A stretch of DNA of 56,635 bases from Ignavibacteriota bacterium (GTDB lineage Bacteria; Bacteroidota; Ignavibacteria; UBA10030), in contig RPQN01000017.1 in NCBI GenBank assembly GCA_003819715.1, positions 1 through 56,635 on the forward strand. The letters are read 5' to 3'. Both the position numbers and the translations under genes were made by a program. The notes under the pieces were generated by a model. The model searched no databases, was not told the DNA's origin, and saw only the letters and a list, made by a program, of their open reading frames with translations. Positions 28,733 through 37,665 of this stretch are shown here, piece after piece (the stretch's first letter is position 1; every line of letters begins with the position of its first letter).

Positions 28733-30124
28733 ATGCCTACTCAAACGCTCTGGAGCGGAAGGTTCAAAGAACCTCTTGCTGAAATCGCACTGAAATTTTC
28801 CTCATCCATAGAATTCGACAAAATACTTTACGAGGAAGATATCGCCGGAAGCATCGCGCATGTGGAAATGCTCTCGGCCTGCAAAGTGCTGACCGCATCC
28901 GAAATGCGGCGCATCCGCACCGCCCTGAAATCCATCCAGAAAGAAATTGAAACCGGCAAATTTGAACTCACCGCCGACTATGAAGACGTCCATATGGCGG
29001 TTGAAAAACGCCTGACACAAAAAATCGGGGCGCTGGGCGGAAAACTCCACACCGGCCGCAGCCGCAACGATCAGATTGCACTCGACGAACGGTTATTTCT
29101 CCGCTCTGCAATCCGGGAGATCAGCAAACTGGTCCTCAACCTTCAGCGTGTTCTGCTTTATAAATCGGAAAAAGTTTTCGGCGTGGTGATGCCCGGGTAT
29201 ACGCACACACAGCGCGCACAGCCCATTCTGCTATCCCATCATCTCCTCGCATATGTTTCCATGCTCGAACGCGATTTTGAGCGGCTGCAGGAATGCAGCA
29301 AACGGCTCAACAAGTCGCCGCTCGGCGCTGCAGCCTTTGCAGGAACAACGTTCCCGATAGACCGCGCCATGGTTGCAAAGAAACTGCACTTCGATGGGAT
29401 CGTGGAGAACAGCATCGACGCCGTGAGCGACCGGGATTATCTTATTGAATTCACCGCCGCATGCAGTATTCTGATTATGCATTTGAGCCGGTTCGCGGAA
29501 GAACTGGTCCTGTGGACGACAAAGGAATTTGGCTTCGCCCAGATCAGCGATTCGTACACCACCGGCAGCAGTATCATGCCGCAGAAAAAGAATCCCGACA
29601 TGGCAGAGCTCGTCCGCGGGAAAACAGGCCGTATTTATGGCGCGCTCATCAGCCTTCTGACGATGATGAAAGGACTGCCTCTGGCGTATAACCGCGATAT
29701 GCAGGAAGACAAAAAACCGATGTTCGATGTCATCAGCACGGTGCGGCAGTGCCTGTACATCTTTGCGCACGTGCTTGTCCACACCTCGTTCAATAAGACG
29801 CATATGGAGGAAGAACTCCGGACGGATTTCCTTTCCGCCACCGATATGGCGGATTATTTGGTGCGCAAGGGACTGCCGTTCCGTGAAGCGCATGAAATTA
29901 CCGGGAAGGTTGTGGCGTACTGTATCAGCCATAAAATGTACTTCGGGAATATAGACATCGATACCTTGAAGCAATTCTCTGCGAAATTCAACGGTGACAT
30001 CTTCGATTATATTCTGCCGCAGAACAGTGTGAACCAGAAACAATCGGCCGGCAGCACGAATCCTCATGAAGTGAAGAAGCAAATCGCTGTGTGGAACCGC
30101 GTGCTGGGAAAACGGAGAGGGTAA
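28733..30124 (+). CDS. argH: Argininosuccinate lyase
   Basis: Contains LWSGRF at the N-terminus, HTGRSRNDQ, YTHTQRAQP and GSSIMPQKKNPD (fumarate-lyase signature). Confidence 0.95.
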   Translation: MPTQTLWSGRFKEPLAEIALKFSSSIEFDKILYEEDIAGSIAHVEMLSACKVLTASEMRRIRTALKSIQKEIETGKFELTADYEDVHMAVEKRLTQKIGALGGKLHTGRSRNDQIALDERLFLRSAIREISKLVLNLQRVLLYKSEKVFGVVMPGYTHTQRAQPILLSHHLLAYVSMLERDFERLQECSKRLNKSPLGAAAFAGTTFPIDRAMVAKKLHFDGIVENSIDAVSDRDYLIEFTAACSILIMHLSRFAEELVLWTTKEFGFAQISDSYTTGSSIMPQKKNPDMAELVRGKTGRIYGALISLLTMMKGLPLAYNRDMQEDKKPMFDVISTVRQCLYIFAHVLVHTSFNKTHMEEELRTDFLSATDMADYLVRKGLPFREAHEITGKVVAYCISHKMYFGNIDIDTLKQFSAKFNGDIFDYILPQNSVNQKQSAGSTNPHEVKKQIAVWNRVLGKRRG

Positions 30125-30149
30125 GATTCCGTTCATCTTCTGAAACACG

Positions 30150-30186
30150 AAAGCCGTCTCCTTATTGGAGACGGCTTTTTTATTTT
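30150..30186 (+). terminator. Rho-independent terminator after argH (possibly bidirectional with the tnaA-like gene)
   Basis: AAAGCCGTCTCC-TTATT-GGAGACGGCTTT forms a perfect 12-bp stem, followed by TTTATTTTC. It lies between the convergent argH and lyase genes. Confidence 0.8.
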
Positions 30187-30208
30187 CTTGAGAATCGATG
30201 AACCGCGG

Positions 30209-31663
30209 CTACAAGCTGGTGCCAAAATCATTTTTAAATTTCGCAACGAGTGTGTTTGTCCAGTCGCTGGTGGGCGCCAGCCTGCCGACAAAGAACCTCA
30301 ACACCTTCGGTTCATCGACAAATTTTAATCCGCCGACAAGTTTTCGGTTTTCATACAGCCATGTGACGCGGTCCTCGACATATTTTATCTGTGAGAGAGT
30401 GAAGACCCGGCGCGGGAGTGCTAGACGAAGCAGTTCGACTTCTGACGGAACATCGTTGCCCTGAGCGTCGCGGTCCATCGAGATGGTGCCGCGTTCCATG
30501 CCGCGTATTCCTGAAATAATGTAGAGCGCCCCTGCCAATGCGCCTGCGGGATACTGCAGTTGAGGAACATGCGACAAGAATCCTTTTGCATCGAGGTGGC
30601 ATCCCAACCCGCCGGCGGGAGTGACGACCGGAATTCCTTTTGCATCCAGGCGTTCCACCAGGTACTTAATAAACTGCGGCGAATGGCTGATGACGTTCAT
30701 ATCCACCGATTCCCGCAATCCTACGGCCATCGCTTCGATCTCGCGGACCGACATGCCGCCATAGGTTAAAAATCCTTCGAAGAGTGGCACCAGATCGCGC
30801 ATGGCCATATACAACGCATGATTATTGGTTGCAATGCCGCCGCCGCGCGTGCAGCTGATTTTCCGTCCGGAGAAATATATGATATCGGCAAGGCCGCACA
30901 TGGTGAGCAGGATATCCTTGACCGGCGTATTTTTGAATTCTTCTTCACGAATTTTGTTAAAATAAATGTTTTCACAAGCGAGGCTGACATCGAGAACGAT
31001 CAGGATCCCGTTTTCGTCCGCTACCTTGCGCACGTCGCGCATATTCTGGATGGAGAACGGCTGGCCGCCGATGAGGTTCGTGCCGGCTTCCATGCGGATG
31101 TACGGCACCTGTTCCTTTCCCTTGGCCTTGATCAAGGCACGCAATTTATTGATATCGATATTCCCCTTGAACGGAACGTTACTCTTGATGGTCAGCGCAT
31201 CATCGGTAAATAACTCCGAGACTTTCCCGCCAGCCAGTTCGATATGCGCTTTCGTGGTCGTGAAATGATAATTCATCGGCACGGTCTGATCTTTTTTCAC
31301 AAAGACCTGCGAGATGATATGTTCTGCGGCACGCCCCTGGTGCACCGGAAGAAAATATTTTGTTCCGAACACTTCAACAACGGCTTCATACAGTTTCGTG
31401 TAGGAGGACGAGCCGGCATAGGCGTCGTCCGCCACCATCATCGCTGCCGTCTGCTGGTCGCTCATGGCGTTCGTGCCGCTGTCGGTCAGCATATCGAGGA
31501 AGACATCCTTGTTCTGAAGGAGAAAGGTGTTAAACCCTGCTCCCTCGACCGCTTTTAACCGCTCTTCAATCGGCAGTAAATTTAATTTCTGAACGACACG
31601 GACTTTATGCATTTCTAACGGGACATATTCTCCGCTGGCAAATTTAATCATGGAATCCGACAT
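30209..31663 (-). CDS. tnaA: Tryptophanase / tyrosine phenol-lyase family beta-eliminating lyase
   Basis: Contains FNTFLLQNKDVFLDMLTDSGTNAMSDQQ and YAGSSSY, typical of the TnaA/TPL family. GAAGGA lies 9 nt upstream of the ATG. Trp versus Tyr specificity cannot be decided by eye. Confidence 0.85.
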   Translation of the reverse strand: MSDSMIKFASGEYVPLEMHKVRVVQKLNLLPIEERLKAVEGAGFNTFLLQNKDVFLDMLTDSGTNAMSDQQTAAMMVADDAYAGSSSYTKLYEAVVEVFGTKYFLPVHQGRAAEHIISQVFVKKDQTVPMNYHFTTTKAHIELAGGKVSELFTDDALTIKSNVPFKGNIDINKLRALIKAKGKEQVPYIRMEAGTNLIGGQPFSIQNMRDVRKVADENGILIVLDVSLACENIYFNKIREEEFKNTPVKDILLTMCGLADIIYFSGRKISCTRGGGIATNNHALYMAMRDLVPLFEGFLTYGGMSVREIEAMAVGLRESVDMNVISHSPQFIKYLVERLDAKGIPVVTPAGGLGCHLDAKGFLSHVPQLQYPAGALAGALYIISGIRGMERGTISMDRDAQGNDVPSEVELLRLALPRRVFTLSQIKYVEDRVTWLYENRKLVGGLKFVDEPKVLRFFVGRLAPTSDWTNTLVAKFKNDFGTSL

Positions 31664-31894
31664 GGATGCATCCTTCTGTATTAGTTCGAGAATGAGAGAT
31701 AGCCCAACGATTTTACAAACAACTATTTTCTTCCGGCAGAGAGGACTCTCTTTTTCCCTCTCTTCAGATATACTTCATTCGAATGGATCACGATCAGCGA
31801 TGGAACAGCCTTCATCACCCCGGAAATGGACTGCAATAAACGCCCTGAGGAATAAGAAAAGCTTCCAGCGGTGGGGTCAGGATACTACTTTACC

Positions 31895-31923
31895 ATAGTA
31901 CGAATCGGGAAGAATAATGTCAA
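31895..31923 (-). promoter_or_regulatory. Near-consensus sigma70-type promoter for the lyase gene
   Basis: The minus strand reads TTGACA (31923-31918), a 17-nt spacer, then TACTAT (31900-31895). This predicts a leader of about 225 nt before the ATG at 31663. Confidence 0.5.
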
Positions 31924-31985
31924 GAATGGACGGGATTTTTTTACGGGAGATGTAAAATTTATAGCCGGGAGAGAAGGAGGATGCC

Positions 31986-32056
31986 GGTTGGTTCGTAGTG
32001 CGTTGTGCGTAGTTCTTTGTTCGTGGTGCGTAGTTCGTAGTGCTTTGCTTGTTAGC
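31986..32056. repeat. G/T-rich (plus strand) degenerate direct-repeat block
   Basis: GTTCGTAGTGC occurs at 31991-32001 and 32033-32043. GTGCGTAGTTC occurs at 32005-32015 and 32026-32036. The plus strand here has almost no A outside the TAG triplets. Confidence 0.8.
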
Positions 32057-32060
32057 TCTT

Positions 32061-32116
32061 CTACTCATCGACTCAAAGACTCATAGGCTCAACTGCTCAT
32101 CTGCTCATCTGCTCAA
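32061..32116 (-). repeat. Seven tandem degenerate octamers (WTGAGYNN on the minus strand)
   Basis: The minus strand reads TTGAGCAG ATGAGCAG ATGAGCAG TTGAGCCT ATGAGTCT TTGAGTCG ATGAGTAG. The array begins about 25 nt after the permease stop codon (32142-32144). Same unit as at 23404-23451. Confidence 0.8.
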
Positions 32117-32141
32117 TGGCTCCAGGCATCGTTCACCGCAT

Positions 32142-33611
32142 CTATATTTCATTCCTGCGTCTGGTGATCTTCCAGATAAAATAGACCGGAATGCCCAGGA
32201 GAACGATCCCGAGCCCCGGCCAGGTATACTGCGGTTTGAAGATCAGCAGATCGACGGAGATCGCGGCGGCAAGAACGATATACAGAGCAGGAACGACCGG
32301 ATACCCGAATGCCTTGTACGGCCGCTCTGCGTTGGGTTGTTTTTTCCGGAGAATAAAAATTCCGGCAACCGTTAATATGTAAAACAACAGTACTGCGAAA
32401 ACCACATAGTCGAGCAGATCGCCGTAGGTTCCTGAGAGACAGAGAAGGCAGGTCCATACTCCCTGAACGAACAGCGCCGAGCCGGGGACCGATTTCTTAT
32501 TGAGCACACCCGCATTTTTAAAAAATAATCCGTCCTTGGCCATCGCATAATACACACGCGCTCCGGCAAGGATCAATCCATTGTTGCATCCGAAGGTGGA
32601 GATCATAATCATGACCGCCATGATGACGGCGGCGCTTTCTCCAAAGATCATGGACGCGGCGGCAGTTCCGACACGGTCGCTCACTGCAAATTGGATTCCC
32701 TGCGCCGTGACATCGGCCGCTTCCGGCGAGCCGGTCAACGGCAGCACCAGCAGATAACCGATATTGGCGAGAAGATACAAAAGGATGACCGTTCCCGTTC
32801 CCAGCACGAGACTGAGCGGGATGTTCCGTTTTGGATTCAGAACTTCGCCGGCGGTAAACGTGATATTATTCCATGCATCGGCGGAAAACAGTGACCCCAC
32901 CATCGCAACTCCGATGGCGGACAGGAGCATCCAGCCCGACAGCGGCGTTATGGAAAGTATTGTCCCATTGGAGACCTGCGTCCATGTCGCATTCCAGAAA
33001 CTGCCGATATTCGCAGCAATGGCCGACGAATTACGTCCTACAAAAAGAGCGAGCAGGACAAATCCGAGAAGTGCCGCTATTTTTGCGATCGTGAAAACAT
33101 TCTGGACTATTTTGCCTTCCTGCAGCCCGCGCGTATTGACAAACGTCAGGATAAGAACGCTCACGATGGCAAGAATCTGCGCTGCAGAAATATGGTACGT
33201 CCCTGCCGAAAAAAGGATGTGCTGTTCACTGAACCATGGGAGAAGCACGCCGGTGAATTTTGCAAACGCCACCGCCACTGCTGCGATCGTGCCGGTTTGA
33301 ATAACCAGGAACAACGTCCAGCCGTACAGAAAAGCAATAAACGGATTATAGGCCTCGCGAAGATAGGCATACTGTCCTCCCACATGCGGCATCATCCCGG
33401 CAAGTTCGCCGTAACTGAGCGCGGCGATCACCGTCATAAAGCCCGTTATGACCCAGACCAGCAGAAGGACTCCCGGCGCTCCGACGGTTCGTCCAATATC
33501 CGCACTGACGATAAAAATCCCGGAACCGATCATCGATCCGATAACGATCATCGTTGAATCGAGCAATCCGAGACCGCGTTTGAATTCAGGCTGTGTATTC
33601 GAAGTTGCCAT
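32142..33611 (-). CDS. APC-family amino acid permease
   Basis: 489 aa with about 12 TM segments. The N-terminal GLLDSTMIVIGSMIGSGIF motif is typical of APC transporters. Confidence 0.9.
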   Translation of the reverse strand: MATSNTQPEFKRGLGLLDSTMIVIGSMIGSGIFIVSADIGRTVGAPGVLLLVWVITGFMTVIAALSYGELAGMMPHVGGQYAYLREAYNPFIAFLYGWTLFLVIQTGTIAAVAVAFAKFTGVLLPWFSEQHILFSAGTYHISAAQILAIVSVLILTFVNTRGLQEGKIVQNVFTIAKIAALLGFVLLALFVGRNSSAIAANIGSFWNATWTQVSNGTILSITPLSGWMLLSAIGVAMVGSLFSADAWNNITFTAGEVLNPKRNIPLSLVLGTGTVILLYLLANIGYLLVLPLTGSPEAADVTAQGIQFAVSDRVGTAAASMIFGESAAVIMAVMIMISTFGCNNGLILAGARVYYAMAKDGLFFKNAGVLNKKSVPGSALFVQGVWTCLLCLSGTYGDLLDYVVFAVLLFYILTVAGIFILRKKQPNAERPYKAFGYPVVPALYIVLAAAISVDLLIFKPQYTWPGLGIVLLGIPVYFIWKITRRRNEI

Positions 33612-33737
33612 ACGGATATTCCATGGTTGATCGGTCGATAGAGTTCAACATCAGTTCCATCACCGGAGTTGCGTGCTGCTTTTTTATCTTCAGCAATTAA
33701 AATAAAAGGCTCTTCCTGGAAGAGCGCTGGAATATCA

Positions 33738-35264
33738 TTATTGATTAATTTCCTCCGGTGGGAGGACGATCTCACCCCGCCGGATCCTCGCGGTAACGCA
33801 ATGACGCCGGCCGTAGCTGAAGTAAATAAGAAACCCGATTCCCAGCCAGATAAACAAACGCCACCAGTTTTCAACAGGCAATGAAAACATAAGTATCAAG
33901 CAGCAAACGATACCGGCGATCGGGACGAATGGAGACCACGGTGCGCGGAACGGCCGTTTGGCGTGCGGATGTGTTTTTCGCATGATCAGCACCGCCGCAC
34001 AGACGATCACAAATGCAAGCAGTGTCCCGATATTGGTCAGCTCTGCCAGGATTCGCAGCGGAAGCAATGTCGCCATCGTTGCAACAAAGAACCCGGTAAG
34101 AAGAGTGGATTTCCAGGGAGTACGGAATTTGGGATGCACTGCACCAAAAAAACTTTCCGGCACCATACCGTCGCGAGCCATCGCCAGGAGCACCCTCGGC
34201 TGACTGAGCATCATCACCAGCAGAACAGAGGTTATTCCGGTGATCGCACCGACATCAATGAGGCGCTGCGCCATCGGCAATCCCTTCTGGGCAAAGGCGT
34301 TGGAGACCGGTGCGTTGATATCGATTTGGTCGTAGGGAACCATGCCGGTCAGGACCGCACTCACCGCGATATACAAGAACGTACAAATGAGAAGGGAAGA
34401 GATAATGCCGATCGGGACATCGCGCTGTGGATTTTTTGCTTCTTCCGCGTGAGTCGATACCGAATCAAAGCCGATGTATGCAAAAAAGATGATGGCTGCG
34501 CCGGCAAGCATGCCGAGAGGAACACCGTCCGCACTCGTTTGGCCGAAGAGCGTATGACCGAAGAAACTGATCCCGGTAAATCCGAACGGCGCAAACGGCT
34601 TCCAGTTATTCGGATCGATATAGAATACCCCGACCACGATCACAAACAACACAATAACCAATTTAATGGCGACCATGGTGGTGTTAAATACCGCGCTTTC
34701 TTTAATCCCCTTGACCAGTATGTACGTGATGATTGCCGTAATGATGATCGCCGGAACGTCGAGGTACGATCCCGTAACAAAAAAATGTCCGGCCGCAAGA
34801 TCATAATCGATCGGGGCGCTGGAGAAGGACTGTGGGATATACATGCCGAAACTTTTTAAGAGATCCTGAAAATGTGCAGACCACCCGTGCGCCACCGCAG
34901 CGGATGCGACGGCATACTCCAGTACGAGATCCCAGCCGATGATCCATGCAAATAATTCGCCCAGGGTTGCATACGCATACGTATACGCCGAGCCGGCAAC
35001 AGGCACCATCGACGCAAATTCCGCATAACAAAGTGCGGCAAAGATACAGGCAACACCCGATGCGGCAAATGAGAGGATGAGTGCAGGGCCGGCTTTATCA
35101 TGAGCACCGACCCCGGTCAGGACGAAAATGCCTGTGCCGATAATGGCCCCGACACCGAGACTCGACAGGGTCACCGGACCGAGCACCCGGCGCAGGCGAT
35201 TTTCTCCCTTCATTTCTTCAAGGAGGAGTGATAATGGTTTCTTCGCAAAAAAGGAACTATTCAT
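33738..35264 (-). CDS. APC-family amino acid permease (cationic amino acid transporter-like)
   Basis: 508 aa. Contains LGPVTLSSLGVGAIIGTGIFVLTG and 12 or more TM segments, with a C-terminal extension. Confidence 0.9.
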   Translation of the reverse strand: MNSSFFAKKPLSLLLEEMKGENRLRRVLGPVTLSSLGVGAIIGTGIFVLTGVGAHDKAGPALILSFAASGVACIFAALCYAEFASMVPVAGSAYTYAYATLGELFAWIIGWDLVLEYAVASAAVAHGWSAHFQDLLKSFGMYIPQSFSSAPIDYDLAAGHFFVTGSYLDVPAIIITAIITYILVKGIKESAVFNTTMVAIKLVIVLFVIVVGVFYIDPNNWKPFAPFGFTGISFFGHTLFGQTSADGVPLGMLAGAAIIFFAYIGFDSVSTHAEEAKNPQRDVPIGIISSLLICTFLYIAVSAVLTGMVPYDQIDINAPVSNAFAQKGLPMAQRLIDVGAITGITSVLLVMMLSQPRVLLAMARDGMVPESFFGAVHPKFRTPWKSTLLTGFFVATMATLLPLRILAELTNIGTLLAFVIVCAAVLIMRKTHPHAKRPFRAPWSPFVPIAGIVCCLILMFSLPVENWWRLFIWLGIGFLIYFSYGRRHCVTARIRRGEIVLPPEEINQ

Positions 35265-35298
35265 AAACGCATCCTCCAGGAATTTGGATGAACAATGC

Positions 35299-35418
35299 TT
35301 AAAATAATAACAGCTTCAGTAAATAAAGTACGGCAATTGTTCCAACGATGAATCCGATAATTCCAAACGCAAGTTGTTTGCCGGTTTGTTCCGGTTCGTT
35401 ATTTTTCTGCTCGTTCAT
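35299..35418 (-). CDS. Possible 39-aa single-pass membrane peptide
   Basis: MNEQKNNEPEQTGKQLAFGIIGFIVGTIAVLYLLKLLLF. GGGAGA lies about 7 nt upstream of the ATG. It ends 34 nt upstream of the co-oriented permease start. No homology support. Confidence 0.35.
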   Translation of the reverse strand: MNEQKNNEPEQTGKQLAFGIIGFIVGTIAVLYLLKLLLF

Positions 35419-35558
35419 AGCGATTCTCCCGATATTAATTTGTTGGGTGACATGTCCGCGCGGACATCGGAAACTATTTCCGCATGCCGCAAATAAGGAT
35501 TCCTGTCCAGGGAACGCAAGTTCCATGAACAAAGATAATTTACATGTACCGGGGAGAA

Positions 35559-35918
35559 TCACAGGTCTGAAGACGTTGTTTGTGTGTAGAGAATGGAATG
35601 GATCAGTATTCGAAAATATTCTAATGAGGAATGTTCGATGGTTGTAAAGATTTGTTCATGTTTTTCTAAAACTGGTTCATTGATGAGAATGGTGAGAATT
35701 TCCGAATATTCCGGTGCGGTCTTTGAAAGAATCCTTGGCGAAACGAACGGCAATGGATTAGACGGAAGGAATCGTTGGACAGATGTATGCTCGGGAGCGG
35801 CATTGAGGTCCAACGCCGGAATCGAGATAAGCATTGCCACCCATAACAGGACCACATTGAAATAACAAAGAGAACGGTTTTGCCGCAGCCAGGTGATATA
35901 CTGAATTTTGTTTTTCAT
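35559..35918 (-). CDS. Hypothetical protein with N-terminal membrane anchor
   Basis: 119-aa ORF in a lower-GC stretch with one hydrophobic segment (VVLLWVAMLISIPAL). No recognisable motif. Confidence 0.3.
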   Translation of the reverse strand: MKNKIQYITWLRQNRSLCYFNVVLLWVAMLISIPALDLNAAPEHTSVQRFLPSNPLPFVSPRILSKTAPEYSEILTILINEPVLEKHEQIFTTIEHSSLEYFRILIHSILYTQTTSSDL

Positions 35919-36074
35919 CTTCCTGCTGAAAAACTACCGAGTTTTCCTTCGAAACGCAATACGAAAACCGCCGGAAATGCCGAACTGCATTCATTGCACC
36001 TCTCCACTCTTTTCCCTATCATATTCCACGAAGGTGGCGAACAACCATTCCGGATGACGAGCGGCAAATTACTC

Positions 36075-37214
36075 ATGACAAATCAAGAATCGCCAAATCC
36101 ACAACGAATCCGCGTCGGTGTCATTTTCGGAGGCCGGTCGGTCGAGCATGAGGTTTCGCTCGTTTCTGCCGCTTCGGTGATCGATGCACTCGATAAAAAC
36201 AAGTATGACGTTATTCCCATTGGAATTGCCTCTACCGGACAGTGGCTCAGTTCAGGCGACACACTCCGCCTGCTGAAGGAAAAGAAACCGGTTGAACAGG
36301 AACAGGAACAAACGCTCGTTCCGGACCCGCGAAAGCAGTCATTGGTTGCCATAAACGGCGGCGGCGCAGGAAAGGCGCTCGATGTGATCTTTCCCGTGGT
36401 TCATGGAAAGTACGGAGAGGATGGAGCACTCCAGGGATTGCTGGAACTTGCCGACCTTCCGTACGTCGGTCCCGGCGTGCTGGGATCTGCCGTAGGCATG
36501 GATAAAGTGGTACAGAAAGAACTGCTCATCCGCGCGAAGATACCGACCACACCGAGTTTCTGGTTTACGCTGGAGGAGTACGGTGCGGGTCAAAGAAAAA
36601 TAATCGCGTCGATTGAACGGGCCCTGAAGTATCCGCTCTTCGTGAAACCGTCCAATTCCGGTTCCAGTATCGGGATCAGTAAAACGCATGGCCGAAAAGA
36701 ATTACTGTCTGCCATCGACCTCGCCATGCAGTTTGACAGGAAGATTTTAGTGGAGCAGGGAGTGAATAATGCCCGTGAGATTGAATGCGGCGTCCTCGGG
36801 AATGACCGGCCGATTGCATCGGTGCCGGGTGAAATTGTCTCATCAAATGAGTTCTATGATTACGACGCAAAGTATGTGGACGGCCAATCGGATGCGATCA
36901 TCCCGGCGAAACTTCCCGCCGGGGTGATAAAAAAAATCAAGCAGTATGCCCTTGCGGCATTCCGCGCCCTGGATTGTGCGGGGATGGCGCGCGTTGATTT
37001 CCTGGTCACTAAAAAAACAAACCGGATATTTTTGAACGAGATCAACACGATTCCCGGCTTTACCTCCATCAGTATGTACCCGAAACTCTGGCAGGCATCG
37101 GGGATACCGTATGCGGAGCTGCTGGATCGGCTGATTCAACTCGCCATCGAACGATACGCTGCAAAGGCAAAGTTGAAAACGACCTACCAGCCCAAAAAAG
37201 ACTGGTTTAAATAA
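36075..37214 (+). CDS. ddl: D-alanine--D-alanine ligase
   Basis: Contains IRVGVIFGGRSVEHEVSLVSA, HGKYGEDGALQGLLEL, the ATP-grasp motif PLFVKPSNSGSSIGI and FLNEINTIPGFT. The ORF-track start of 35880 is over-extended, so I took the ATG at 36075. Confidence 0.9.
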   Translation: MTNQESPNPQRIRVGVIFGGRSVEHEVSLVSAASVIDALDKNKYDVIPIGIASTGQWLSSGDTLRLLKEKKPVEQEQEQTLVPDPRKQSLVAINGGGAGKALDVIFPVVHGKYGEDGALQGLLELADLPYVGPGVLGSAVGMDKVVQKELLIRAKIPTTPSFWFTLEEYGAGQRKIIASIERALKYPLFVKPSNSGSSIGISKTHGRKELLSAIDLAMQFDRKILVEQGVNNAREIECGVLGNDRPIASVPGEIVSSNEFYDYDAKYVDGQSDAIIPAKLPAGVIKKIKQYALAAFRALDCAGMARVDFLVTKKTNRIFLNEINTIPGFTSISMYPKLWQASGIPYAELLDRLIQLAIERYAAKAKLKTTYQPKKDWFK

Positions 37215-37225
37215 GCACGGATTCG

Positions 37226-37570
37226 ATGGAAGATCAATTTTATAGAAATCTTCAGCCCGATCGCATGCTTAAAAAGATCGCCAAAAGTGCCGCGAAAAAT
37301 AAGAAACGCACCGTGCTCCTCATTTTTCTGTTTCTTGTCCTGCTGTATCTTCTCTTTGATAATAAAGGGATCATTACCCGCCTCCGGCTCGAAGCACAGC
37401 ACCGGGAATGGATCGAAAAAGTAAAAGCCGACAGTGTGGAAACCCTGCGGCTGCAGGAACAGATCAAAGCGCTCGAAGGAGATAAGAAGACCATAGAAAA
37501 AACAGCCCGCGAAAAGTACGGCATGGCACGCGAAGGTGAAACGGTCTACCAGATCAAGAAGGAAAAGTAG
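37226..37570 (+). CDS. Septum formation initiator family protein (FtsB/DivIC-like)
   Basis: One N-terminal TM segment, a coiled-coil segment, and the conserved end IEKTAREKYGMAREGETVYQI. Confidence 0.8.
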   Translation: MEDQFYRNLQPDRMLKKIAKSAAKNKKRTVLLIFLFLVLLYLLFDNKGIITRLRLEAQHREWIEKVKADSVETLRLQEQIKALEGDKKTIEKTAREKYGMAREGETVYQIKKEK

Positions 37571-37665
37571 CTTCAAAACAGTTGTGAGTAACCAGTAACG
37601 AGTCATCAGTTTTCAATAATGGCTCGAAGTAAAAACAATAGAACCGATTATTCAATGTAATCTCA

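Noticed and set aside
31723-31815. 30-codon minus-strand ORF in the lyase leader considered as a TnaC-like leader peptide.
   Set aside because: It has no Trp codon and a weak, badly spaced SD. There is no similarity to TnaC that I can see.
37586-37613. Four heptamer-like units (GAGTAAC CAGTAAC GAGTCAT CAGTTTT) just after the ftsB-like stop, possibly related to the WTGAG octamers.
   Set aside because: The period (7) and the unit differ, and there are only four degenerate copies. That is insufficient to claim a repeat family.
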